DNA from: Vulcanimicrobiota bacterium
GTDB lineage: Bacteria > Vulcanimicrobiota > Vulcanimicrobiia > Vulcanimicrobiales > Vulcanimicrobiaceae
DNA: 64,000 nt
Reading direction: 5' to 3'
NCBI GenBank assembly: GCA_963837195.1
Contig: CAWIMO010000006.1
Coordinates: 526,798 to 590,797, forward strand
Shown: positions 28,661 through 36,938 of the stretch, one piece after another
How positions within the stretch are numbered: position 1 is the stretch's first letter
Layout: each line of letters starts with the position of its first letter
Notes under the pieces: generated by a model
What the model was told of the DNA's origin: nothing
Database searches by the model: none
Seen by the model: the letters and a program-made list of their open reading frames with translations, nothing else
Program-made: the position numbers and the translations under genes

Positions 28661-29353
28661 ATGGACCTCATCATTTCGTGGCTGGGCGATCTTTGGGAAC
28701 AACTTGCGCGTCTCTTCACTTCGCCACCGGGTGACGGGCAGATGAAAGTTGCCGCTTTTGTGCGCTATAAGGGGGCAGATGGGCTTGGTCACGTCGGTTG
28801 GGGATTCGATTACGACGATGCTTACGTTAATGCTGGCTCGGTCGAGAACCCCCAAGGGGCGCCAACCAGTCCGCTAGCGGCAATGGGTTATTGGTGCGCT
28901 TTTCTTCCAAACCCAATTCCAACGATGCTTAGCAAGGAATACGACTCTCTCAAGTATCTCAACCTCAAGAACGCCTCCCCCATACGCGCTTATCGCGTCG
29001 CGAAATGGATCGGCACTCGGCCTTATGACGTTGTTGGGTGTAACTGCTTGAACGACACGTACGACGTTTTACGAGCATACGGATTTCCTGATCTCCAACC
29101 ACCCTCGGACGACCTCTTGCCCGACGTTTGGTTCGGTCTGCTCTCCGCGGCATTTGAGCAGATACAAGGATATACTTGGGCGCGCTCGGGTACTCCCAGC
29201 CTTCGTGAGCGTATCGGTCGCGCGATAGCAAAGGCTGCGCCCTTCCACGTTCCGACGTGGCGACGAGCTGGCAGTCCCGAAGCGCACGACCTGCAAGATC
29301 AGATCGCCGCAGACAAGCGCTCTAGGCATGCGGGCCCGGGCACACCACACTGA
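28661..29353 (+). CDS. Hypothetical protein with LRAT/permuted NlpC-P60-like His...Cys signature
   Basis: GLGHVGWGFDYDDAYVNAG, then ~85 aa later YDVVGCNCLNDTYDVLRAYG (compare the NCEHF motif of the LRAT/H-REV107 family). Start uncertain (28613, 28637 or 28661). Confidence 0.5.
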   Translation: MDLIISWLGDLWEQLARLFTSPPGDGQMKVAAFVRYKGADGLGHVGWGFDYDDAYVNAGSVENPQGAPTSPLAAMGYWCAFLPNPIPTMLSKEYDSLKYLNLKNASPIRAYRVAKWIGTRPYDVVGCNCLNDTYDVLRAYGFPDLQPPSDDLLPDVWFGLLSAAFEQIQGYTWARSGTPSLRERIGRAIAKAAPFHVPTWRRAGSPEAHDLQDQIAADKRSRHAGPGTPH

Positions 29354-29477
29354 GACTGGGCAACGCACGTTCACTGGAGCACCAGGCCAGCGTTCACCGC
29401 GTGACTTTTGGCCCATTGCACGACGCAAGCAAGCGTGAGAAAACTAAAGGCACGATCTAATCCAGGGGTGTGGGACG

Positions 29478-30536
29478 ATGATGATAACACGCTTTTTTCT
29501 TTGGGCGCTGTTCGGCTGTTCAGTCATGGTTGCGTGCGCTCCGAACGTCAATCTTTCCGCAGTACAACAGTATGCAACAATGGCGCAGCAGGCCCAGGCG
29601 TCGTTTGATGCGATTGCTGAGGATTATGACGCGAGCTGTGCCCGACAACGCGAGCTAAACCTTCGGATTGGCGATCTCGTCTGGATTCCGTACCCTGCTA
29701 CTCAGGCGCCACCAACGACCCCGGCCCCCGCGGGCGCTCGAGCCGGCAAGGCGAGCTCCGCGCCGTTTTTTGGCGACGCGTCCCAAGAACGCTGCGTCGT
29801 GACCGCTGACTACGCAGCTTATCCACTTGGCGAGGTCTCCCGCGAATGGCAAAAAGCCAACGACACGCTCCTGGCTTATATTCAATCGCTAGGCGCTCTC
29901 GCGGGAGCCGCGCCCACGCCAAGCCCAGCGATCCCAACATTCGTAGGGGCGGCCGCCGCCGCGAAACTCATACCGAATCCACAAGCGACCGCCATCACGC
30001 AGTTTGCAACAGCAATCTTCAACTATTGGCAAACATCGGAGCGCGAGCACGCCGTTGCGAAATTTCTCGATGAAACCAACTCCGTCGATCCGGCGACGCA
30101 ACAGAGCCCATTTTCCGAGGCTATTGAGGCCCTCACGGTTGCAGGCAGTGGCTACGAAATCGTCGTGTACAACGAGTGCACCGACGTCAATAATCTGTAT
30201 ATCGATGCCCTCACAAATCTCGGATCGATGTCCAGAAAAGGACGCGAGCAGTTCACGATCGAGCGCGCCTATCAGGTTCGCCAACGCTGGTCAGCAGATG
30301 CCTCGACTTGTAACACCCATTTTGCGGCCGCTCAGGCATATCTGACGACAATACAGAAGATATCGACGACTAATAGCGCGCTTTACAAAGCCATGAAGGA
30401 GCCCGCATCGTCTAAGGACGCGCTTGAACATGACATCTCGGACTTGAGCGGTACCATTTCAGCTCTCTACACGCTCGTAACGACGAAAGCGACGCCTTCG
30501 CCGAAACCCGCGCCCACCAAAACGAAATCGGGGTGA
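29478..30536 (+). CDS. Lipoprotein, function unknown
   Basis: Lipobox FGCSVMVAC; Pro/Ala-rich linkers; no known motif. Confidence 0.65.
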   Translation: MMITRFFLWALFGCSVMVACAPNVNLSAVQQYATMAQQAQASFDAIAEDYDASCARQRELNLRIGDLVWIPYPATQAPPTTPAPAGARAGKASSAPFFGDASQERCVVTADYAAYPLGEVSREWQKANDTLLAYIQSLGALAGAAPTPSPAIPTFVGAAAAAKLIPNPQATAITQFATAIFNYWQTSEREHAVAKFLDETNSVDPATQQSPFSEAIEALTVAGSGYEIVVYNECTDVNNLYIDALTNLGSMSRKGREQFTIERAYQVRQRWSADASTCNTHFAAAQAYLTTIQKISTTNSALYKAMKEPASSKDALEHDISDLSGTISALYTLVTTKATPSPKPAPTKTKSG

Positions 30537-30970
30537 GTAGTATGCCACAGATGACCGTCCTTGAAGCGCTAACGATATCGCACTGGTATGCGCTCTTCGG
30601 ACGCACTCTTTCCAACGCAGCTACGCTTCCGGGCCTAACACCCGCGCAAACGTATGCACTTACCGCCGCGTCGCGCGACTGCGCAAACCAGTCCAGCAAC
30701 CTCGCCACAAATCTCGTTCAAGTCGCGTTTCAGGACGCTGGCCAGGCATTTCAGGATATTTCGGACGCCACCAGCAAAGCCAATGATGTCGCCAAGCAAC
30801 TTGCTACTGACGCCGCTAACGTCGATAGTATTCTAAATATCGCGGCCAAGGTGGTTGGCCTCGGCGCGGCTGCGCTCACCGGCAACTATGGCGCAGCACT
30901 CAGCGACCTCATCGGACTCATTGGCCAACCGACCAAGGGCCAAGGCGCGCAAGACCCATTGGGATCGTAG
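30533..30970 (+). CDS. Hypothetical helical protein
   Basis: GTGA-type 4-nt overlap (30533-30536) with the upstream gene; Ala/Leu-rich predicted helices. Confidence 0.55.
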   Translation: MSSMPQMTVLEALTISHWYALFGRTLSNAATLPGLTPAQTYALTAASRDCANQSSNLATNLVQVAFQDAGQAFQDISDATSKANDVAKQLATDAANVDSILNIAAKVVGLGAAALTGNYGAALSDLIGLIGQPTKGQGAQDPLGS

Positions 30971-30980
30971 GGGCGACATC

Positions 30981-31937
30981 ATGCAGATGCAGATTGCAGC
31001 GACCATCGACGCACTTATCGTGCTCTTCTCGCTCTATCTCGGTCTAAGCCTGCTCGTGTCTCATTTCAATGAGCTGCTCGCGTCGATTGTCAAGCTCCGA
31101 GGAATGACCCTTTACGACGGAATTTTAAACCTTCTCTGCGGCGCCCGCGATTTCGCCGACGCGATCATGCTCCACCCTATGATCGCCAGCACGCAGCACG
31201 ATAAAACAGGCGTTATCGATCCAAACGAGTCGTATCGGCCCTCTTATATCGATCCGCGCAGCTTTTCAACGGCACTATGGCAATCATTGGCGGTTGCGAC
31301 GTACCAGCCAAACCGTCAGGTAGCGACTATCAGCTTTACCAACCCAGCGGCTGCACCGGCGACGTTCATTGCTACGCTTCGCACAAGCGTCGCGCGCGTA
31401 CCAAACGGGCAGCTACGTCTGCAACTGTATGCACTACTCGAAGCTTCTCAGGGCGACTACCAGAAGCTTCTCGCCGCTACCGACGACTGGTTCAACCGTC
31501 AGATGGATCGCGTCAGCGGCTGGTACCAGCGGCGCTCGCGCTTCATCGCCGGCGTGATGGCCCTAGTATTGGTCTCTTTCCTCGGCGTTGATACATTTCG
31601 CGTTGCCGACGCCGCGTACCGTCAGGTCCCGCCGAGTGCGATTACCGCCGTCACAAGCGCAGTATTGAATGCGCCTGTGCCATCACCAAGCGCCACGCCA
31701 TCTGCCGCACAGATGCAAGCGGTCGCACAACTCCTGACGAGCGATCAGTTGATGTCTGCGATCATCGATCCGTGGCCGCCAAAATGGCAACTACAGCACA
31801 TTGCCGGGTTGATTGTGACATTCCTGGCCGTTCTTTTAGGCGCTCCGTTCTGGTTCGATGCTCTCTCCAACATCTCCAACGTTCGTCTCAGTGGTCCAAA
31901 ACCTGATCAAGCGGCCACGCCTTCCACCAAACCATGA
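30981..31937 (+). CDS. Integral membrane protein, function unknown
   Basis: ATG 30981 follows the upstream stop. TM segments at IDALIVLFSLYLGLSLLV, FIAGVMALVLVSFLGV and IAGLIVTFLAVLLGAPFWFDAL. Confidence 0.65.
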   Translation: MQMQIAATIDALIVLFSLYLGLSLLVSHFNELLASIVKLRGMTLYDGILNLLCGARDFADAIMLHPMIASTQHDKTGVIDPNESYRPSYIDPRSFSTALWQSLAVATYQPNRQVATISFTNPAAAPATFIATLRTSVARVPNGQLRLQLYALLEASQGDYQKLLAATDDWFNRQMDRVSGWYQRRSRFIAGVMALVLVSFLGVDTFRVADAAYRQVPPSAITAVTSAVLNAPVPSPSATPSAAQMQAVAQLLTSDQLMSAIIDPWPPKWQLQHIAGLIVTFLAVLLGAPFWFDALSNISNVRLSGPKPDQAATPSTKP

Positions 31938-32578
31938 GCGACGATAAAGGGGCCATGCAAGCCCCGTGGAGCGGCGTGCTCTCGGGCGTTCGAGACGTCG
32001 CATTCGCTGCAGCGATCTACCTCTTCTTCTGTGGATATGTCTTTCGCTCAGAATACTATCGATCGTTCGGGCTGCCGTCCTCAGCTTCACTCGCGGATAG
32101 CGCGACATTTTTCGTCTACAGCTACAGGGTGTTTGCGGACGAGCCGTGGCTATGCTTGGGACTCGTTGTGGCGGCAGCCATTGCGTGGGCCTGCATTCGC
32201 AGAAGACTTAGCCAATACGCGCGATATGTAACGCTCGCGACTTGCGCCGTCTTTCTCTTTCCCGTGTTAGCCATAATCGCATCGCTGGCGGCCAATGGTG
32301 AGGCCGCACAATACAAAAACTGGAATTCTTCCGACGGTACGCTGACGTTAGGTATCAAGAAAAATGCCCACGACAGCTTCAACGGAACGTCCGGTCAAGT
32401 GTTCCTGAATGCCATTGACAACCACGAGATGCGGCTTTTCGCCATGACTGGAACCATGGCGTATATCACCGATCGCAAGTACACACCCGAAGGTGAGAAG
32501 GCAAACCTACTGGTCTACGTCGTTCCGCTCGACGAGGTCAGTCACATGGAGATTAATTTACCGGAGGTGAGCAAATGA
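31934..32578 (+). CDS. Membrane protein, function unknown
   Basis: ATGA overlap; 3-4 N-terminal TM segments and a soluble C-terminal domain. Confidence 0.6.
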   Translation: MSDDKGAMQAPWSGVLSGVRDVAFAAAIYLFFCGYVFRSEYYRSFGLPSSASLADSATFFVYSYRVFADEPWLCLGLVVAAAIAWACIRRRLSQYARYVTLATCAVFLFPVLAIIASLAANGEAAQYKNWNSSDGTLTLGIKKNAHDSFNGTSGQVFLNAIDNHEMRLFAMTGTMAYITDRKYTPEGEKANLLVYVVPLDEVSHMEINLPEVSK

Positions 32579-33024
32579 GAGCATTCGCAGTTCTTCCACT
32601 TCTCTTCGCCGCAGCCACCTGTTTGGGGCTCGCTGCCCAAACGGTTTGGACGCGCGATACAACGTCTGGCGCTACAGAATGGGGCAGCTACAACCGTAGC
32701 CTTGCGCTCTTCGTCCCATGCGGTAGCGACCGTGTTGAGCACGTCCAAAATGGCGATCGAATGACCGTACATCCCGGACCTTGCCCTAGCGGATTGGAGC
32801 CACCCACGGTTGACGACGCCCAAACGCTCTTTGCCAGCGCTTCAAGGATAATGCCAAACGAGAAAATCGACGCGAATCGATTCAAAGCGTTTCTTCGCAC
32901 GGAGTCAGGCGCCAATTTCGTCAACGCGCTTAGGGCTGGCAACACCAGTGCCGTAAAGACAATCTACGAATCTCACGCGAAGCCTGTTCCGGCTATCACT
33001 ATGCGCCCCAACGGCCGAACCTAG
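32575..33024 (+). CDS. Secreted hypothetical protein
   Basis: ATGA overlap; signal peptide MRAFAVLPLLFAAATCLGLAAQ. Confidence 0.6.
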   Translation: MRAFAVLPLLFAAATCLGLAAQTVWTRDTTSGATEWGSYNRSLALFVPCGSDRVEHVQNGDRMTVHPGPCPSGLEPPTVDDAQTLFASASRIMPNEKIDANRFKAFLRTESGANFVNALRAGNTSAVKTIYESHAKPVPAITMRPNGRT

Positions 33025-33388
33025 CGCTACGAACGCGCTTCAGGATGTAAGCGTTCCACGGTGGTGCTTGAACGACCAGAGGAATGCCGTCAGCATCGAT
33101 ATCCTCAAGCTCGTGGCGTTGGACGATTACGCGACAAGCGCAGAGATGGGTTGGATTCCTGCACGCGTTGCCGTGACCGGTTGTACGCACCCTCGGCTGC
33201 GTACCCGCGTTATAAAGAACGAAGATTTCTAGCCCGCATCGCGGCGGCTCAGCAGGATGTTGGCCTCAATGCTCACCTACGAATGACGGTAAGTGCCGCG
33301 GTTGTCGCAAATCGCTGCCATCTACCACTCGGCTGACGCGCAAAGCCGACGCCGCGGGTTTCAAACCGTTAACCCTCCGTAATGCCCC

Positions 33389-33418
33389 TTGACCAGCCGA
33401 CCCTACTGCTGCTAACCT
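33389..33418 (+). promoter_or_regulatory. Candidate promoter of the thr leader (TTGACC-18-TAACCT)
   Basis: cTTGACCagccgaccctactgctgcTAACCTggcggaaccATG; would give a near-leaderless leader ORF. Confidence 0.35.
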
Positions 33419-33427
33419 GGCGGAACC

Positions 33428-33505
33428 ATGATCTCGGCGTTCGTTTCGACGACCACGACGACCACCACCACCACGACCACTGTCGTTCGGTGCAGGTTGA
33501 CGTAG
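33428..33505 (+). CDS. thrL: Threonine-operon leader peptide (25 aa, 11 consecutive Thr codons)
   Basis: atg atc tcg gcg ttc gtt tcg (acg acc acg acg acc acc acc acc acg acc act) gtc gtt cgg tgc agg ttg acg tag = MISAFVSTTTTTTTTTTTVVRCRLT*. Too short for the ORF track. Confidence 0.75.
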   Translation: MISAFVSTTTTTTTTTTTVVRCRLT

Positions 33506-33534
33506 GCTAAAACACGAGATCAAGGACAGCTTAC

Positions 33535-33574
33535 GAAGCCCCGCACCGATTTGTGCGGGGCTTCTTGCATTTGT
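33535..33574 (+). terminator. Attenuator/intrinsic terminator between the thr leader and thrC
   Basis: GAAGCCCCGCAC-cgattt-GTGCGGGGCTTC followed by ttgcatttgt; lies 12 nt before the thrC ATG. Confidence 0.7.
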
Positions 33575-33585
33575 CAGGAGCCATC

Positions 33586-34692
33586 ATGCGCGTGGAATGT
33601 AGCGACTGCGGCGCGGTCGCCGACCCCCTCGAGATCTGCCGGTGCGGCGGGTTGCCCGAGTTCGTGCTCGAGCCGCTGCGCCTCGATCCGATCGGCCTGC
33701 GGCGCGTCGTGCGCGAGCGCCGCGCCAGCTACGAACCGCTCTTCGCCTCCGGCGTGTGGCGCTGGCGCGAACTGCTGCCGGCGATCCCCGCCGAGGCGAT
33801 CGTGTCGCTAGCCGAGGGCAACGTCCCGCTCTACACCTGCGACGCCGGTGCGCGGTATGCCGGCGTCGATCGCCTCGCGTACCTGCACCTGGGCATGAAT
33901 CCGACCGGCTCGTTCAAGGATCTCGGCATGACGGTTGCGATCTCGGCCGCCAAAGCCAGCGGTGCGCGCAGCGTGGTCTGCGCGAGCACCGGCAACACCG
34001 CCTCGTCGATGGCCGCCTATGCCGCGCGCGCCGGCCTCGCCGCGTATGCGATCGTCCCGCGCGGGCGCGTCAGCGACGCCAAGCTTGCGCAGATGCAAGA
34101 GTACGGCGCGCAGCTCATCGAAGTCGACGGCTCGTTCGACGACGCGTTCGCGTCACTAAAACAAGTGCGCGATGCAGCGGTCGTAAACTCGGTCAATGCC
34201 TATCGCATCGAAGGGCAGAAGTGTGCAGCCTTCGCGATCCTCGAAGCGCGCGGCTGGAGCGTGCCCGACTGGGTCGTGCTGCCGGGCGGCAACCTCGGCA
34301 ACATCTCGGCGATCAGCAAAGGCTTTCGCGAAGCGCTCGCGCTCGGACTCATCGACAAACTCCCACGCCTCGCGCTGGTGCGCGCCGAACGCGGCGTCGA
34401 CACGACGGCCAGCGCGATCGCCGTCGGCAATCCCCAGTCGCGCAATCGCGCCGACCGCGCACTCGAGCGTTTCAACGGCCTCGAACTGAGCGTTAGCGAT
34501 GATGCGATTCTCGATGCCAAAGCCCACATCGGTCGCGAAGGTATCGGGTGTGAACCGGCCTCGGCGGCATCGCTTGCCGGCGCGCGTGTCCTGCGCGAAT
34601 CCGGTGCGATCGCCGCCGATGCCGACGTCGTCGCGATTCTCACCGGCCACATCCTCAAAGACGCGCGCGTGAGCAGCTATGCTGTTGCGTGA
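33586..34692 (+). CDS. thrC: Threonine synthase
   Basis: AGGAG SD; N-terminal Cys-rich ribbon CSDCGA...CRCGG; PLP-lysine motif NPTGSFKDLGM; GNTASSMAAYAA. Confidence 0.9.
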   Translation: MRVECSDCGAVADPLEICRCGGLPEFVLEPLRLDPIGLRRVVRERRASYEPLFASGVWRWRELLPAIPAEAIVSLAEGNVPLYTCDAGARYAGVDRLAYLHLGMNPTGSFKDLGMTVAISAAKASGARSVVCASTGNTASSMAAYAARAGLAAYAIVPRGRVSDAKLAQMQEYGAQLIEVDGSFDDAFASLKQVRDAAVVNSVNAYRIEGQKCAAFAILEARGWSVPDWVVLPGGNLGNISAISKGFREALALGLIDKLPRLALVRAERGVDTTASAIAVGNPQSRNRADRALERFNGLELSVSDDAILDAKAHIGREGIGCEPASAASLAGARVLRESGAIAADADVVAILTGHILKDARVSSYAVA

Positions 34693-35596
34693 GAAGTTCG
34701 CGCTGAGCGTGCCGGCCACCAGCGCCAATCTCGGGCCCGGCTTCGATGCGATCGGCATCGCGCTCGATCTGCGGTGCCGCGCGATGGTTGAGCCGGCGCA
34801 TCGCTTCAGTCTCGAATTCGGCGGCCCCGAGCAACCAACGCATGTCGGCTTCGAACGCATGCTGCTCGACGCGATGGATTCGGTCAACAGCGAGTTGCCG
34901 CGCGTGCGCGTGCAGTTGATCAACGCCATTCCGCTGGGCAAGGGCCTGGGTTCGAGCGCCGCGGCCCGCGCGCTCGGCGTCACGATCGCGGCGCGCGCGC
35001 ATGGGCTCCAGCTCTCGCGCGACGAGATCGGCACCCGCGTCTGCGAGCTCGAAGGCCATCCCGACAACGCGCTGCCCGCGGTCTACGGCGGCATCGCCAT
35101 CGCCGCATCCGCGAACCTCAAAGAGAGCATCAAGCTCGCCGCCCCGCGCGATCTGCACGCGATCGTTGTCGTGCCCGAGTTCGACCTTGCGACCGAACGC
35201 GCACGGGCGTTGTTGCCGCAGCGCTACGATCGCGCCGATTTCGTCTACAATATCCAACGCGCCGCGCTGCTCGCCGCCGCGCTCGCGTCGAACAACTGGA
35301 TCGTGCTGCGCGAAGCGATGCAGGATCGGCTGCATCAGCCCTACCGCGCCGCGGTCATCCCGGGGCTGGCCGAGGCGCTGCGCGTCGACGCCCCCGAACT
35401 GATCGGCATCGCGCTCTCGGGCGCAGGCCCCAGCGTCCTCGCACTCATCCGCGACCGCGTCACCTGGCGCCCGATCGCCGCCCGCATCGAAGCCGCCTTT
35501 GCCGCCGCTGGGATCGCCAGCCGGAGCTACCGCCTCCCCTTCGCCGCGCGCGGCCTGGTTTCGCGCCGGTACTTGACGGAGCGCAAAGCGGCATGA
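34679..35596 (+). CDS. thrB: Homoserine kinase
   Basis: VPATSANLGPGFDAIGIAL...PLGKGLGSSAAA (GHMP kinase motifs); overlaps the thrC end. Confidence 0.9.
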   Translation: MLLREKFALSVPATSANLGPGFDAIGIALDLRCRAMVEPAHRFSLEFGGPEQPTHVGFERMLLDAMDSVNSELPRVRVQLINAIPLGKGLGSSAAARALGVTIAARAHGLQLSRDEIGTRVCELEGHPDNALPAVYGGIAIAASANLKESIKLAAPRDLHAIVVVPEFDLATERARALLPQRYDRADFVYNIQRAALLAAALASNNWIVLREAMQDRLHQPYRAAVIPGLAEALRVDAPELIGIALSGAGPSVLALIRDRVTWRPIAARIEAAFAAAGIASRSYRLPFAARGLVSRRYLTERKAA

Positions 35597-35721
35597 TAGC
35601 CTACCCGAAATGTTCGCGACCTCCATGATGAGCTGTTCCATGTGCATTATTCAAATGAATAAGGCGGGGACAGTCATTGGGAGCACCGTGTAACCCACGG
35701 ATTCGAAGAAAGCACTCAACC

Positions 35722-35763
35722 GACGCCCTCGCCGATCTCCGGCGGGGGCGTCGTTCTTTTCTC
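35722..35763 (+). terminator. Intrinsic terminator hairpin between thrB and hom (thr operon terminator and/or attenuator for hom-metY-metX)
   Basis: GACGCCC-t-CGCCG-atctc-CGGCG-g-GGGCGTC followed by gttcttttctcc; only 27 nt remain before the hom ATG. Confidence 0.65.
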
Positions 35764-35789
35764 CAATTCGGATCTCAAAGGAAACCATC

Positions 35790-36914
35790 ATGGACTGTAC
35801 GGTTGGAATCGGACTACTCGGATGCGGCACGGTGGGCGCGTCGGTTGCGCAGCGCCTGCTCTCCGAGGGCGACGCGATCGAGCGGCGCAGCGGCGTACGC
35901 TACAAACTCCAGGCGATCGCCATCGCCAATCCGTCGAAGTCGCGTCCGGCCGCGATCGATCCGGCGCTCTTCACCACCAACGCCCGCGCCGTCATCGACG
36001 ATCCGCGCGTCGATCTGATCATCGAATGTATCGGCGGCACGCAGGTGGCCTCCGAGCTGCTCGAATATGCGCTCGAGCGCGGCCGCACGGTCGTCACCGC
36101 CAACAAAGATCTCATCGCCACCCAAGGCCCGCGCCTCTTTGCGCTCGCCCATTCGCGCGGCGCGCGCTTGCGCTACGAAGCCGCCGCCTGCGGTGCGATT
36201 CCGGTGATCCGCGTGCTCGACGACGCGCTCGCCGGCGACGCCGTCCACGCCTTCGGCGGCGTGGTCAACGGCACGTGTACGTACATTCTCTCGCAGATGG
36301 AACGCGGCGAAGAGTACGACGTCGCGCTGGCGCGCGCGCAAGAACTGGGTTTTGCCGAAGTCGATCCGACGGCCGACGTCGAGGGCCTCGACGCCGCGCA
36401 CAAACTCGCGCTGCTCATGCAGCTGGCGTTTCAAATGGCGGTGATTTCGCCGCGCTTACGGCGCAGCGGCATCAGCGCGGTGAGCAAACGCGACGTGGCG
36501 CGCGCGCAGATGCTCGGCTATCGCATTCGTCTGGTCGCGGCCGCCACGCGCAACGCCGATGCTGCCAGCGGCGAAGTTGCGCCGGTGCTCGTGCCCGAAG
36601 CGCATCCGTTCGCTCAAGCCAGCGGCCCGGAAAACGTCGTGCGCGTCGTCTCGCGCGACGCTGGTGCGCTGCTGCTATCCGGCACCGGCGCGGGCGGCTT
36701 TCCCACCGCGTCGGCCGTGCTCGGCGACGTGGTCACGGCGCTGCGCGATATTGCCAATCAGCGCGCCGTCAATTACCCGGCACTCGAACCGGCGCTCGAT
36801 ATCGCGCCGCTCTTCGCGCATCTGCCGCGACATCCCGAACTCCCACGCTATCCGCTGTGGGACGACTCCATCCTCGAAGCTCCGCTCTCGCAGGTTGAAA
36901 CTGCGCACTCATGA
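35790..36914 (+). CDS. hom: Homoserine dehydrogenase
   Basis: GLLGCGTVGASVA...VVTANKDLIA...YEAAACGAIPVIR...NGTCTYILS...GFAEVDPTADVEGLDAAHKL. Confidence 0.9.
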   Translation: MDCTVGIGLLGCGTVGASVAQRLLSEGDAIERRSGVRYKLQAIAIANPSKSRPAAIDPALFTTNARAVIDDPRVDLIIECIGGTQVASELLEYALERGRTVVTANKDLIATQGPRLFALAHSRGARLRYEAAACGAIPVIRVLDDALAGDAVHAFGGVVNGTCTYILSQMERGEEYDVALARAQELGFAEVDPTADVEGLDAAHKLALLMQLAFQMAVISPRLRRSGISAVSKRDVARAQMLGYRIRLVAAATRNADAASGEVAPVLVPEAHPFAQASGPENVVRVVSRDAGALLLSGTGAGGFPTASAVLGDVVTALRDIANQRAVNYPALEPALDIAPLFAHLPRHPELPRYPLWDDSILEAPLSQVETAHS

Positions 36915-36938
36915 GCGGGAAAGAGATCAGTCACATCC

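Larger units (their letters stand above)
28600..33030 (+). other. Lower-GC six-gene operon / putative horizontally acquired island
   Basis: By-eye GC is about 50-56% against ~65-70% in the flanks. Six co-directional ORFs have 4-nt start/stop overlaps at 30533/36, 31934/37 and 32575/78. Confidence 0.55.

Noticed and set aside
32999-33190. 63-aa minus-strand ORF with ...CRNPTHLCAC..., possibly an HNH-endonuclease scrap marking the island border
   Set aside because: The similarity is limited to a C-x-NP-x-HL-like tetrad. There is no second His/Asn and no metal-binding pairs. It is too weak to call.
33266-33523. 85-aa minus-strand ORF containing GGGGRRGRR
   Set aside because: It is the antisense reading of the poly-Thr leader codons. 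The + strand leader/attenuator explains the region better.
35597-35790. SAM-I/S-box or SAM-IV riboswitch before hom-metY-metX
   Set aside because: I could not find the conserved cores as I remember them. The region is also short for SAM-I. It is left as an unclassified leader in the findings and needs an Infernal scan.
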